Virus record (IMG/VR): IMGVR_UViG_3300037219_000017
Coordinates: 702-64,701 of that record
Strand: one strand, 5' to 3'
From: a virus
Lineage: Duplodnaviria > Caudoviricetes
DNA: 64,000 bases
A program made the translations under genes and the position numbers. Numbering within the stretch: position 1 is the stretch's first letter; every line of letters starts with the position of its first letter. The notes beneath the pieces were generated by a model, which was not told the origin of the DNA, searched no databases, and saw nothing but the letters and a program-made list of their open reading frames with translations. Shown here piece after piece: positions 18,115-28,396 of the stretch.

Positions 18115-20526
18115 ATGAGCTTTTACGACAGGGTCCTCCCTGCGAAAGGCCCGTTTACCTTGATGACTGGGGTCTATGGACCCGACGGTAAGCTACATGA
18201 CCCGACGCACTGGGAGCGATTGCAGACGCACGAGGCGCTAGAGAAGAAAGTCCGGGAGCTGGCCACCCAGCCCCAGGAGATCTACTACGCGGTGGGTTCC
18301 TATGCGGGTAGGAGACGCAAGGGATCCATCGCGAAGCGTGCGTTCTTTCTCGACCTGGACTTCAAGTCGTTTGACTCCCCGCAAGATGCTATCCGTGGCC
18401 TGAATGTGTTCGTGAATACTGTGGGTTTGCCTCCTCCAAGTATTTATGTCAGTTCAGGCCACGGCATGCACATCTATTGGTGCCTCAACCGCGACGTTCC
18501 GATCGCGGAGTGGGAGCCGGTGGCTGACGCGCTCAAGGCGAAGTGCGCGGAGCTGAAGTTCCGCGCCGACCCGATGGTCACTGCTGACGCCGCGCGCATC
18601 CTGCGCTGCCCCGGCACACTCAACCGCAAAGCTAAGGAGCCTGTCCCATGCGAAGTACGAATAGACAACGGAGCTACCTACTCTCTCGAAGCAATCGCAG
18701 CGCCGTTAGACGCTGCATCAGCCCCTTCAAATGTATCAAAACTGCTCGCCCTGGCTCCACCAGATGCGCTGATCACCAAACCGAACTTCCCAAAGCTCAG
18801 CGCCGACGAAGTAACAGCGATGTTGGCAAGCATCAAGCTGCAAAAGGACGAGCGCGAAAAATGGACGCACATCCTGTGCGCGATGCAGGACTGGGGACAG
18901 AAATCGGAAGAGTCGTGGGAGATCTTCTCCGAGTGGTCGGCTACGCAGCCGGACCACCACCCGGAAAAAATACGCGGAGAGTGGGAGGGCTTCCACGTGG
19001 GCGGTGGTATAACAATCGGTACACTGGTGAAGATGGCAAAGGACGCAGGCTACGAGCCGCCCGGCGTACCGCAGCCCGTGACGATCGAGCAGCCCACAAG
19101 TCTATCCGAGCAGATGGCAGCCGCGGCGCAGCCAAGCGCAGTCGACGATGACGTGCTTGTACCGGTCGTCGTCACGGTGGTGTCTGATCCACTTATGATC
19201 GCCGCGCAGCACGCAGTCAACTTAACCGGCAGAGTGCGGTTCACTGAGCAAGACGCTATCAACTGGCTCGGCGCAGAGTTTGTCACTGTCGACAACGCGC
19301 CGGAGTATTACTTCTCCATGACGAAGCGCGAGCTGCTCAAAGACAACATCATCAATAAGAGGATCACCCGCTACATGCCATTGAACAGCCAGCGTAAGCC
19401 AATCAAAGCGACGGTTATCATGGAGCAGTGGGGCGTCAAACAATCAGTCAAAGCCCCGGGCTACCACCCCACGGCGGCAACGATCTACACAGAAGGTGGC
19501 GTTAACTACGTGAACAGATACACTCCGCCGGACGTCATGCTGCAAGCGAATAAGTTCGAGATCCAAATGATCGAGCTATTCTGGAAGCATATGTTCCCGC
19601 GCCCGCAGGACCAGCAGTTCAGCAAGTACATGCTGCAGACCTACGGGCACCTGGTCCAACACCCAGACATCAAGATCGAGTCGGCGCCGCTGATCATCGG
19701 CGAGCCCGGCAGCGGCAAGACCACGCTGGCCTTCGCCATAGTGCGGCGCTTAGTGGGCACACAAAACGCTTTGCTGGTCGACAACGAGACGTTGAAGGGA
19801 ACGTTCAATGGCCACGCCGGGGACAAGCATGTATTCTACTTCGACGAGATCAAAGTGCAGGGCAGATGGGACAGCGAAGACATCGCCAACTCCCTTAAGA
19901 ACCTGGTGGTCGGCGAAACGATGTTGATCCACCCAAAGTTTTTGACGCCATTCGAGCTGCCGAACAGAATGTTTATCACGGCTACGTCCAACTACGACGA
20001 CGCGATGCACCTGTCGTCTGACAAGGAGCGGCGATGGGGGGTGTACGAGCACTTCCCACCACACAGCACAGCTGCTATGAAGAAATTCTTTGTCGCATTT
20101 CACGACTGGATGAAGGGACCGCGCGGGCCTGGCGTGCTGCGCTGGTACTTCAGCCAAGTGGACCTGACAGGATACAGCCCACACGACGAGCCGCCATGGA
20201 CGGACGCCAAGGGGACCATGGTGGAGCAATCGCAGTGCAGAGAGGTTCAGAGTATCGTCGCTGCGATGAAGAACGGAGAGGCGCCGTTTGCGGGGGCTCT
20301 CACGACTCGCCTGCTGGTGCAGAATTTCTTACACTCGCAGACCGGGAAAACATATACGACCGAGGAGGCTGGGAAGCACCTAAGTAAGTCGTCGCCGGAG
20401 AGGGTTGTAGAGATAAAAACAATGAGGATCGGAGGCAAGGCGACGGTCGTCTACTGTTGGAAGGATACAAAATACTGGGCCGATCCCAAACGCACAGACG
20501 ACGAACGAAGAAAAGCAATTGGCTAA
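18115..20526 (+). CDS. primase (RepB/AEP-like) - PriCT-2 - SF3 helicase (DUF5906-like) fusion
   Basis: FLDLD, SGHGMHIYW, RILRCPGTLN; WSATQ...W.GF...ITIGTL; Walker A GEPGSGKTT, Walker B FYFDE, TSN. Confidence 0.9.
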   Translation: MSFYDRVLPAKGPFTLMTGVYGPDGKLHDPTHWERLQTHEALEKKVRELATQPQEIYYAVGSYAGRRRKGSIAKRAFFLDLDFKSFDSPQDAIRGLNVFVNTVGLPPPSIYVSSGHGMHIYWCLNRDVPIAEWEPVADALKAKCAELKFRADPMVTADAARILRCPGTLNRKAKEPVPCEVRIDNGATYSLEAIAAPLDAASAPSNVSKLLALAPPDALITKPNFPKLSADEVTAMLASIKLQKDEREKWTHILCAMQDWGQKSEESWEIFSEWSATQPDHHPEKIRGEWEGFHVGGGITIGTLVKMAKDAGYEPPGVPQPVTIEQPTSLSEQMAAAAQPSAVDDDVLVPVVVTVVSDPLMIAAQHAVNLTGRVRFTEQDAINWLGAEFVTVDNAPEYYFSMTKRELLKDNIINKRITRYMPLNSQRKPIKATVIMEQWGVKQSVKAPGYHPTAATIYTEGGVNYVNRYTPPDVMLQANKFEIQMIELFWKHMFPRPQDQQFSKYMLQTYGHLVQHPDIKIESAPLIIGEPGSGKTTLAFAIVRRLVGTQNALLVDNETLKGTFNGHAGDKHVFYFDEIKVQGRWDSEDIANSLKNLVVGETMLIHPKFLTPFELPNRMFITATSNYDDAMHLSSDKERRWGVYEHFPPHSTAAMKKFFVAFHDWMKGPRGPGVLRWYFSQVDLTGYSPHDEPPWTDAKGTMVEQSQCREVQSIVAAMKNGEAPFAGALTTRLLVQNFLHSQTGKTYTTEEAGKHLSKSSPERVVEIKTMRIGGKATVVYCWKDTKYWADPKRTDDERRKAIG

Positions 20527-23500
20527 GGCTGATCCCAGCGCGTCTGGTCTGTGACCTGTTGATTTTCCTTTCCAAGCGGCACTCCATACTGAATCTTCAA
20601 ATCTTTGTTCGTTGTACCTTGAATCTCCCCGCTAGAAATCCAGGCGCCAGGGTTCCGGGCATTAAAACTATTGCTGCGATCCCAAGCGGCAACCGCCTCC
20701 GGCGATCCAGGGGGCGCGCTAATGATAGCGCGAACGATTGCCGTCCTCGCAAGACTCTGCGCCTTTGTAATTCCAGTCGCCACTCGATGCTTCTCTTGTG
20801 CATCGGCCACGTCTGCTGGAAGAAATCCAAACGTCTTCTTCGCCGCGTCGAGGCTCGACGGCTTCGTGATCGGCACCCCTGCACTATTCAACTTCCCTGT
20901 GTGAGCCAACTCATATCCCTGTGCGCCATCCTGGTACACCTTCAACGGGATCATACTACTGATCGCCCCTGGAACATCCCCGTTGATCAACTTCCCCATC
21001 GCTCCCATCGCGTTCTTCCCCACCATCTGAACCAAGGCGCCTGCCTCATCGTTCACAAAATTCTTCCACGCGTCTTTGTCTCCCGATAATATATCCGGCA
21101 TGTCGTGGAAAATTATATTTGCAAACCCCATCCGCTCCTGCAGATCTATCCCCAACCCTTGCGCAATCGGCCCACGCGCAAGGTAGTTTCCCACCGTCGG
21201 GCCAGCGAGATCCGTCAACCATCCATGGATCGCGTTCTTCATATCAAAATACTCTCCCTCCTTGTCGAAGATCTTGTGATAGGCATACACAGCAAGATGT
21301 GCCGGTGCTATACCGGCCACACCGTACACTCCTGTGTACAAGAACGACCCAACCGCCAGACCGCCCAGTGTCTTTGCCGCCTGCCATGACCGCTGATTCT
21401 GCGTCTGCTCACCCACGTCGGAGCGCAGCCCGGGCACGGCTTTGATCACCTCAGCTATGTTCCCATAGGCCAAGTGCGCCATCGCCTGCGAGTAAGTCAT
21501 CATCATCGTCAGGGTGTTGCCCCCCCATATTTTATTCACGGCCTGAAACGCCCGCGGCTTATTCGCCGCGGAGTAGTCCGCGTGGTACTTCTCCACATCG
21601 TCCGCGGCCTTGCGCAGACCGTTCGCCAGGTCCTCCGGATCGTCTGGATTTTTGACGTTGAGTTCGAGGGACGCAAGGGCCGTGCTAGTACGGTTGAACG
21701 CGTCGGTCATCGTGGGCATCATGCGGGCGTAGTCCATGACCTTAAGCACGGACGGCCACGTGCCACGTGCGATCTCATTCAGCGAATTCGCGAACCCGTG
21801 GCTGATCACGCCGCGCTCGTGCAGGATCTTGAGAGCCGGCGCGAACCTGTTCATGCCGCTCTTGGCTACGGCGTTCTGAATCGCTGTCTGAATGTTCTCC
21901 GGCGACGGTCCACCGTCAGCATTCCACCGAGAGAACTGTTCGTGCATCCCTGTGCGCAGTGCCGGTGACATCACCACGCCCATCGCCTTATACATCGCAG
22001 CCCGCGCAGGCAGCTGGCCGTGCTCGGCCGCCAGCCCGGGGATGGTCGTAGTGAAATTCTGCGTGCCCCATATGACAGCGTGCGCCGGTGACGTGAGGTA
22101 GTTCAGGAACCCCAGTCGCGCGGTCTGTCGATTGAGAAACCCCCCGGTGTTTATCTCCGCGTCGGTAGCGGCGCGGGCTGCGAGAGTGTGCACGATCTCT
22201 CCGCGTTTGAACATCGTGTCCTGACTAACCGGGCGCCCGATGTCGTTGCCCGCGTCGGACGACGCCATCGTACGCAGAGTCGCCATCGCGTCCGCCCGCT
22301 CGAACATCGTGCTGATCTGCGCGCTGTGCCAGATAGTGCTGGTTGCGTGGTCCGCGAAGTTCCGCCGCATCTCGCTGGCTTTCACACCTGCGAACCCCTT
22401 GCGCGTCAGTTGCGAGCTGGCACTCGCGCTGCGTGTGGCTTGTTTCTCCAGGTAGGCGCTATGCAGTGAGTCTATCAACGCCTTCGTTCCTTTGTCCGTA
22501 CCACCACGCTCGATCCTGGAGATAGCTGCTGTCATCAGCTCGTGCATACCAGGATCAAGAGACTTCGCTTCAGTGTGATCATAGACTTTCGTCGACACCA
22601 GCGGAGACTTATAGCCGGCGTCCAGCAGAGCACGCCGCGCCTGGAGAGCATCGTTCTGGCTGTCGTGCATCGACACATGGTCGACTTTGTAGTCCACACG
22701 CCAGTCATTGGCGCCGGCGTTTCTGACTGTGGCTGTCGAGTTCGGCGATTCGTTACTAACCTGCTCTGCAAATGCGCGGGCCTTCGCTTCGTTGGCAAAC
22801 GACTGTCCCTCCGGCGCAGACTCGTTGGTCGCCTTGACGACGTACTGCCCATCTCGACCCAGGTGGGCGTACGGTCCGTCGATGTCAGAGCCCACCCAGG
22901 ACTTCAAAGCCGCGAGCACCTTCGCGTTCTTTGGACCGACATCCACGGCGCCGCGTGGCTTGAGCAACCCTTTCAGCGCGCCTTCGTTCTTCGCACCGTA
23001 CAAATGCTTCAGCTGCTCAGAATTGAGACCCAACTCGAACGCCTGGTTCGCCGTGTCCACAGCACTCTTGCGCTCCATGACACGGAGCGCCTTGCTGGCA
23101 ACAAGGGCACCGTCATAGACGCGGCGCGCGACAGGTGACAAACCTTTGTAGCTGTTCTCCATATCGGCGTGTCGTGCTGCGAAGCCAGCGCGCGCACTGG
23201 TGGCAGGTAGTTGCTGATCAGCCGCCGTGCGAGGGTCGATCTTCCACAAAGAGGAGTCGCGCAGCAGGCCGGCGACTGCCAGGTTGTCGTGGTTGGACAA
23301 TCCGTTCCACTCACGCACGACGGGGTTTACTATCTCCTGGCCCTTGTGAACACGTACTTGACGCGCCCACTCTGACTCTCGGATTTTGTTGAGTGGGTTC
23401 GCGGCGTCGTCGTTGCCGAAGAACCGTTTGCCGTCGCGAAAGATCTGCCCCACAGATTTGAGAGCAAACGTGGTCTTCCGTCCGAGATCCACGAGCTTGC

Positions 23501-26500
23501 TGCTCGTCAGCGCGTGCACCGTGTCGCGGATCTTGTCAGTCGCTTCGTCGCCTATCGCCGCGCGGATCGCCCCCTCCGCCTTCACGGGGCGCGAAGGACG
23601 TTGCAGTTCGTTCTTATCATCCTCAGCATCTCTCGCCTGCGAAAAGGCTATATCATCCGGGCGAGCAGACGCATCAATGTAACCTGATCTACCCTCACCC
23701 GGCGCCGCCCCCAACGCCCGCACGTAGTCCGGGTCCAGATTGGCGTTCGCCCTGTATAACGCCCCTTCGTCGTACATGCTGGGGAACTTCATTCGCTGTA
23801 CGTCTGCAGCAGTGTCGTGCAAGTCCATCATATGCAGCGCCAGCTCAGGGTTCTTGTACCCCATGTGCTCTGCAACAGCGTTGACGATCTTCATCAACAG
23901 ACCGGGGATACCCTTCCGCATCCCGGTCGGTGGGATGTACTCTCCCTTCTGTTTGAAATCCTCTGACCGGATAACCTCTTCAAGGAACTGCGGGTTGCTG
24001 TGCAGCTCAGACATCATCTCATCGATGTTCTTTATGCCATACAGGTGCCCGAACTCCGACTGATCCACGGGAGTAAACATTGACCCCGGCTCGCCGGATA
24101 ATGAATTAACGTAGTCATTGAACCCTGACGCCTTTCCCTCAGCTTTGTATTTGGCGCCCAGGCGAGAGACGAGGATGCTTAGTGCCGACTTCAGCTGCGT
24201 CGCCAGCTTGCCGTCGGGGTTCGTCTTCGTCTCGTACATGACTGCCGAGTGATCGACTTCGTGCATGATCGTATGGACAATCCGGTAGGCCGTCGTGCCG
24301 CCTACTCCGTTGATATCTCCGTCGTGTAAGCGGATCTGGATGGACGGCGCATCGGACTGCGCGGCAAACATTCCCTTAAAGCCGGGGCCGTACACCTCAA
24401 GAGTGTGCGGGTTGACGGTGTTCGACCGGATAAACGTCGGCACGTCCGGCGACTGCGCCCGCAGCGCTATGAGGCGCTGCTTCAATCCCTCCCCCTTCGT
24501 CTTCGCCTGCTCAATCAAGTGATCGAGAATCTCGTGCGATGACATCGGAATACCCGTGTCCCGCATGTCCCTCATCTTGGCGACGAGCCCGCTGTCGGTC
24601 AGGTGCCGGCCGAGATCCTCCATCTCCCGCATCATCGCGACGGTGTGGCCGTGCCATCTATTGAGCAGCGCGCGGACTATGCCCGGGCCGCCACTGGGGC
24701 GGAACACTTTCGATATTCCGGCCGCTTCTCCGCGCGGGCCAGTCAACTCCTTGCGCTGCTCGTCTGATACTTCAGGCGGCTGTTCGTCTTCTGGTATAGC
24801 GTTGGCGTCGCGCTGTGTCTGTACGTGTCGCAGCCACGCGTCCACCTCGGCCGCGATCTGATCGGCGGGGTGCCCGAGACGGGTTGCCACTGCATGGATG
24901 TGCGCTACCAAAGCATCCGATGCCTTTGAGAGATCCTCCGGCTTCGCCTCGACGGCGTTACGGATCAGATCTCGCGCCCGGTTGGCTTCTTTCTCGGTCG
25001 CGACAGTCGCCTTCTCTTTTGGTTTGGCAGCGGCGATCTCGTCAGCGATGACTTTCCTGCTGGCATCGCCATACGACAGGCCCTCCGCGCGCATCAGAGC
25101 TTTGATTGCCTGGACCCTGTTCTTCGGCTTTCCCTTGCCAAGCTCCGTGTATTTAGGTTTCACAGAACCCCCTTCCTCGGGGGGTTTCGTGACAGGTTTC
25201 TCCGCAGGTTTATCGGCCACCTTATCGGCCACTACCGGTTTATCGGCCACGGGTTCAGGCTGCCCAAGCAGTTCCCGCGCAGCAGCGTGCATCTCATCGA
25301 CGCGCTTCGTGATCTGAGCATGCGACGTCCACAGTCCCTTGCCGGTGTCGCGTACGTTGTCCGCGCGCTGCAGGACTTGGCTCGCAGCTTCCGCGGCACG
25401 CGAGCCGGCATCTCCCTCGACACCCTTCGCGGCTGCCTTGAGCGCTGTCGCAAAAGCAGACGCATTGGCCACGCGCTCCGGCAGCTTTGTCGCATTCTTC
25501 TTCCCAGCGACTTTAGCCTCCTGCGTCTCGTGGAGCTTGAGAGCGGCCGGTAGCTGCTCCAGGGGGGAGCCCTTGGTCTTCACTGGCTCGGCTTCGTGCA
25601 CTGGTTCGCTTGATGTGGCATTGGTACGAACGCTCTCCGCCGGCACGAGTCGTCCCGCCCCGGGCTCGCCGCTGTCGTCCAGGGGGTGGACCATGACGCG
25701 CCCGTCGGGAGCCTTCTCACCTACGTGAACTGCGACCTCCGTCCCAGAATCTGTTTTGAAGTACCCTGCGCGGGCCGTATCGGGCACCTTGGGCTCGATA
25801 ACGGGCTCTTTAGGGCTCGCAGGCGCTGCTGGCTCGGCCTCCTTGGTAGCAGGGGCAGGGGCCTCTTCCTTCGGCGCAGCGGCCTCCTCCGGGTTCCTGG
25901 TCTTCCAAATCTTCATGGCCGAGTCCCGCGTACGACCCTCCTCGTTCATGATGTCGGTCACACCCGCCTGGTGCTCGGGGGGTAGCGCGTCGAACGCGGC
26001 GCTGGCCTTGTCATCCGCGTGGGCTTCAGGGCTGAACACATCGTCCGGCTTATGGACAACGTCGGCGCGGGCCTTAGTCAAGCGGGCGTTCTCAGCACTG
26101 ACTACGCGTCGATCTTCTACCCGCTGGTCGGTATCAACAGGAGAATCAGCCTCCCGGCGATCGGGGGCGCCGCGATTGTCCTGTTCGTCGAATCCGGGAG
26201 CGCCAATCTGCGCCTCAGCCTTCTCGGCGTTGACACTCTGCGTGCGCTCATTAATCACACCCTCCGGCGTCATCGTGACTGGGATCGTGCCACGCTCGAC
26301 CATAGCCTGACGCGTAACTGCTTCGGCTGCAGGCGCCACTGTCGTCTCATGGATGACGCTGCCGTCAGCCGCGCGCCCCTGAACCACCACGGTCTGATCA
26401 GGAGACTTGCCACCGCCGGCACCAGTGACGCGGCCGATCACAGACTGCGGGTCCTCGCCGGCGGCGAGACGCGAGCGAACTACGCCAGCAGCTTTTTGAT

Positions 26501-28388
26501 TGGGCAGTACAAGAGTGCCGGTGTCAGTGTCCACAGTACGGCCCTGTGTCTGCGCTTGTGTTATCTGCCGCTTGACTGTGTCTCCGTGCTCGTGACCGTC
26601 GGGCAGAGAATCTAGGTGAGCCTGGGTCTCAGTCGAGACCAACACGCCGTCTTTATTGCCAAGCCGCATCGATGCGAGCTGTTCGCGGATCTGCTTCGCA
26701 GGCTCTGCAGTCGGCGTGTCTGCCACAGCGGGCGCTGCGGGCACGGGCTTGATGGGGGCAGTCGACGCCGCGGGCGACGGACCAGGAGGCGGAGGAGGCT
26801 CATTGCCGTCTGTACCGGGCTTCAACGCCGTGGCGGCTGCCGGCGACGGTTGCGTATCGGGCGCTGGTTTCGGTGCCTTCGCTCCGCCCTCATGCGTCAA
26901 CGCTCCGAAGATCGCGCCCATCAATGTGTTCTCGATGAAACTCTTTGGATCGGTAAGCGCCTTCTTGAACTCTTGCACTGCACCCTGGTAGCCGGGGTCG
27001 TTCAGTATCTTTTTGGTCGCAGTTTCTGCCAGTGGGTTAATGGCGATGTTGGCGCCGGCACCGCCGAGGATGCGCGTCCACAGCGGAAAACTCTTAAGCA
27101 GGCCAGGAGCCTTGATGCCAGCAGCGGTAGAGGCGGCGTTAAGCAGACCGACCTTAATCGCTGTATCCAAACTCTTGTTGGCGTCTACAGCATCCACCGA
27201 GCCGTTTGCCATTGCTGACGTCACCATCAGTGTCGTACCCAACGGACCAGTCAGCAACGGCGCAGCCATGGCCGCGGTGTCACCAACGATCTGCGCGCCA
27301 GTGCCGCCGGGCTTGTCAGGCGTCCAGTGTTGGGGATTTGCCCACGGGTGATTATTTATGAAGCTATCCAGGTGTTTGAAGTAGGTGTCAGCAGCAGCCT
27401 GTCCTTGATTCGGTCCGCCGCCAGGATTGTTCAACGATCCTGCGACAGCTGCACCAGCGCCACCGAATACTCCGACGGCGTGGCCGAGCAGGGCGAACCC
27501 GCGCATCAGGCCGTTGCCGAGGTTAGATCCAAAACCCTCGAAGTATGACGGTGATGGACCTTGCACTGGAGGTACGACAGGCGCTGCGTTGACTGGTGAG
27601 TGGGAGCCAGGAGGTGCAGCTGCGGCAGCAGCCGAAGGGTTGTACGGCGGAGGAGGCTGAAGCGCAGTCCCGGGTTGCACCTTTGTGCCGACGCGCCGTA
27701 CGGCTGCACCAGGTTGATCATCAGTGAACGCGTTGTCGGGGTTCATCTCCTGTGCAGTAGGGATGCCTTGAGTAGCGATCGGCTGTTGAGGAGCCCGATT
27801 AGCCATGAACTTTTGGACGTACGGATCTTTCTGCACCTGGTCAGGGGTAGCCTTTTCAGCAGCACCCATGCCGTGATTGTAGGCATAGGCCGCCGTTGCC
27901 GGATCTCCGTTGAACTTGTCGAGACCCGCTTTATATAAATCCAATCCGCGGCCGGTGTTCCATTCCGGATCGAGGGCATTGTCCTCTTCACCAGGGTGGA
28001 TGTTCGTATCGTTGATTTGAAACAAACCGTGGTCTTGCGTACCGTTCTTATTTGTGTTGACGATATTCGGATCGCCGCCACTTTCTCCCATCATAAGCGC
28101 ATTGGCGTCGTTAGGATCAACACCGCGGTGTGTTGCGGCATTCGATACCATAGTTGAAATCTGAGGATCAATATGATGCGCAGCAGGCGGGCCGCCCTGC
28201 GGACGATACACAGCCGCAGCTGCAGCAGATGGTTGTGTACCCGTATCTGGGATACTTGACGAACTGCTGCCGCTCATGCCACGGACGTGTTGAATCTCAG
28301 CGTCGATAGCAGATCGTGTTTGAGCTACAGCAGCATCTTCTGGTGTCGGCGCTGGGGTAGCGGCGGGAGGAGGGGTAGCGTCAGCCAC
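20523..28388 (-). CDS. large internal virion/ejection (polyvalent) protein with SLT lytic transglycosylase and zincin-like motif
   Basis: 2621 aa; ESGG..., GLFQI, AYNHG (SLT); hydrophobic Gly/Ala helices; HEVDH...DEMMSE; last gene of the virion operon. Confidence 0.82.
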   Translation of the reverse strand: MADATPPPAATPAPTPEDAAVAQTRSAIDAEIQHVRGMSGSSSSSIPDTGTQPSAAAAAVYRPQGGPPAAHHIDPQISTMVSNAATHRGVDPNDANALMMGESGGDPNIVNTNKNGTQDHGLFQINDTNIHPGEEDNALDPEWNTGRGLDLYKAGLDKFNGDPATAAYAYNHGMGAAEKATPDQVQKDPYVQKFMANRAPQQPIATQGIPTAQEMNPDNAFTDDQPGAAVRRVGTKVQPGTALQPPPPYNPSAAAAAAPPGSHSPVNAAPVVPPVQGPSPSYFEGFGSNLGNGLMRGFALLGHAVGVFGGAGAAVAGSLNNPGGGPNQGQAAADTYFKHLDSFINNHPWANPQHWTPDKPGGTGAQIVGDTAAMAAPLLTGPLGTTLMVTSAMANGSVDAVDANKSLDTAIKVGLLNAASTAAGIKAPGLLKSFPLWTRILGGAGANIAINPLAETATKKILNDPGYQGAVQEFKKALTDPKSFIENTLMGAIFGALTHEGGAKAPKPAPDTQPSPAAATALKPGTDGNEPPPPPGPSPAASTAPIKPVPAAPAVADTPTAEPAKQIREQLASMRLGNKDGVLVSTETQAHLDSLPDGHEHGDTVKRQITQAQTQGRTVDTDTGTLVLPNQKAAGVVRSRLAAGEDPQSVIGRVTGAGGGKSPDQTVVVQGRAADGSVIHETTVAPAAEAVTRQAMVERGTIPVTMTPEGVINERTQSVNAEKAEAQIGAPGFDEQDNRGAPDRREADSPVDTDQRVEDRRVVSAENARLTKARADVVHKPDDVFSPEAHADDKASAAFDALPPEHQAGVTDIMNEEGRTRDSAMKIWKTRNPEEAAAPKEEAPAPATKEAEPAAPASPKEPVIEPKVPDTARAGYFKTDSGTEVAVHVGEKAPDGRVMVHPLDDSGEPGAGRLVPAESVRTNATSSEPVHEAEPVKTKGSPLEQLPAALKLHETQEAKVAGKKNATKLPERVANASAFATALKAAAKGVEGDAGSRAAEAASQVLQRADNVRDTGKGLWTSHAQITKRVDEMHAAARELLGQPEPVADKPVVADKVADKPAEKPVTKPPEEGGSVKPKYTELGKGKPKNRVQAIKALMRAEGLSYGDASRKVIADEIAAAKPKEKATVATEKEANRARDLIRNAVEAKPEDLSKASDALVAHIHAVATRLGHPADQIAAEVDAWLRHVQTQRDANAIPEDEQPPEVSDEQRKELTGPRGEAAGISKVFRPSGGPGIVRALLNRWHGHTVAMMREMEDLGRHLTDSGLVAKMRDMRDTGIPMSSHEILDHLIEQAKTKGEGLKQRLIALRAQSPDVPTFIRSNTVNPHTLEVYGPGFKGMFAAQSDAPSIQIRLHDGDINGVGGTTAYRIVHTIMHEVDHSAVMYETKTNPDGKLATQLKSALSILVSRLGAKYKAEGKASGFNDYVNSLSGEPGSMFTPVDQSEFGHLYGIKNIDEMMSELHSNPQFLEEVIRSEDFKQKGEYIPPTGMRKGIPGLLMKIVNAVAEHMGYKNPELALHMMDLHDTAADVQRMKFPSMYDEGALYRANANLDPDYVRALGAAPGEGRSGYIDASARPDDIAFSQARDAEDDKNELQRPSRPVKAEGAIRAAIGDEATDKIRDTVHALTSSKLVDLGRKTTFALKSVGQIFRDGKRFFGNDDAANPLNKIRESEWARQVRVHKGQEIVNPVVREWNGLSNHDNLAVAGLLRDSSLWKIDPRTAADQQLPATSARAGFAARHADMENSYKGLSPVARRVYDGALVASKALRVMERKSAVDTANQAFELGLNSEQLKHLYGAKNEGALKGLLKPRGAVDVGPKNAKVLAALKSWVGSDIDGPYAHLGRDGQYVVKATNESAPEGQSFANEAKARAFAEQVSNESPNSTATVRNAGANDWRVDYKVDHVSMHDSQNDALQARRALLDAGYKSPLVSTKVYDHTEAKSLDPGMHELMTAAISRIERGGTDKGTKALIDSLHSAYLEKQATRSASASSQLTRKGFAGVKASEMRRNFADHATSTIWHSAQISTMFERADAMATLRTMASSDAGNDIGRPVSQDTMFKRGEIVHTLAARAATDAEINTGGFLNRQTARLGFLNYLTSPAHAVIWGTQNFTTTIPGLAAEHGQLPARAAMYKAMGVVMSPALRTGMHEQFSRWNADGGPSPENIQTAIQNAVAKSGMNRFAPALKILHERGVISHGFANSLNEIARGTWPSVLKVMDYARMMPTMTDAFNRTSTALASLELNVKNPDDPEDLANGLRKAADDVEKYHADYSAANKPRAFQAVNKIWGGNTLTMMMTYSQAMAHLAYGNIAEVIKAVPGLRSDVGEQTQNQRSWQAAKTLGGLAVGSFLYTGVYGVAGIAPAHLAVYAYHKIFDKEGEYFDMKNAIHGWLTDLAGPTVGNYLARGPIAQGLGIDLQERMGFANIIFHDMPDILSGDKDAWKNFVNDEAGALVQMVGKNAMGAMGKLINGDVPGAISSMIPLKVYQDGAQGYELAHTGKLNSAGVPITKPSSLDAAKKTFGFLPADVADAQEKHRVATGITKAQSLARTAIVRAIISAPPGSPEAVAAWDRSNSFNARNPGAWISSGEIQGTTNKDLKIQYGVPLGKENQQVTDQTRWDQP

Positions 28389-28396
28389 TTGTCACC

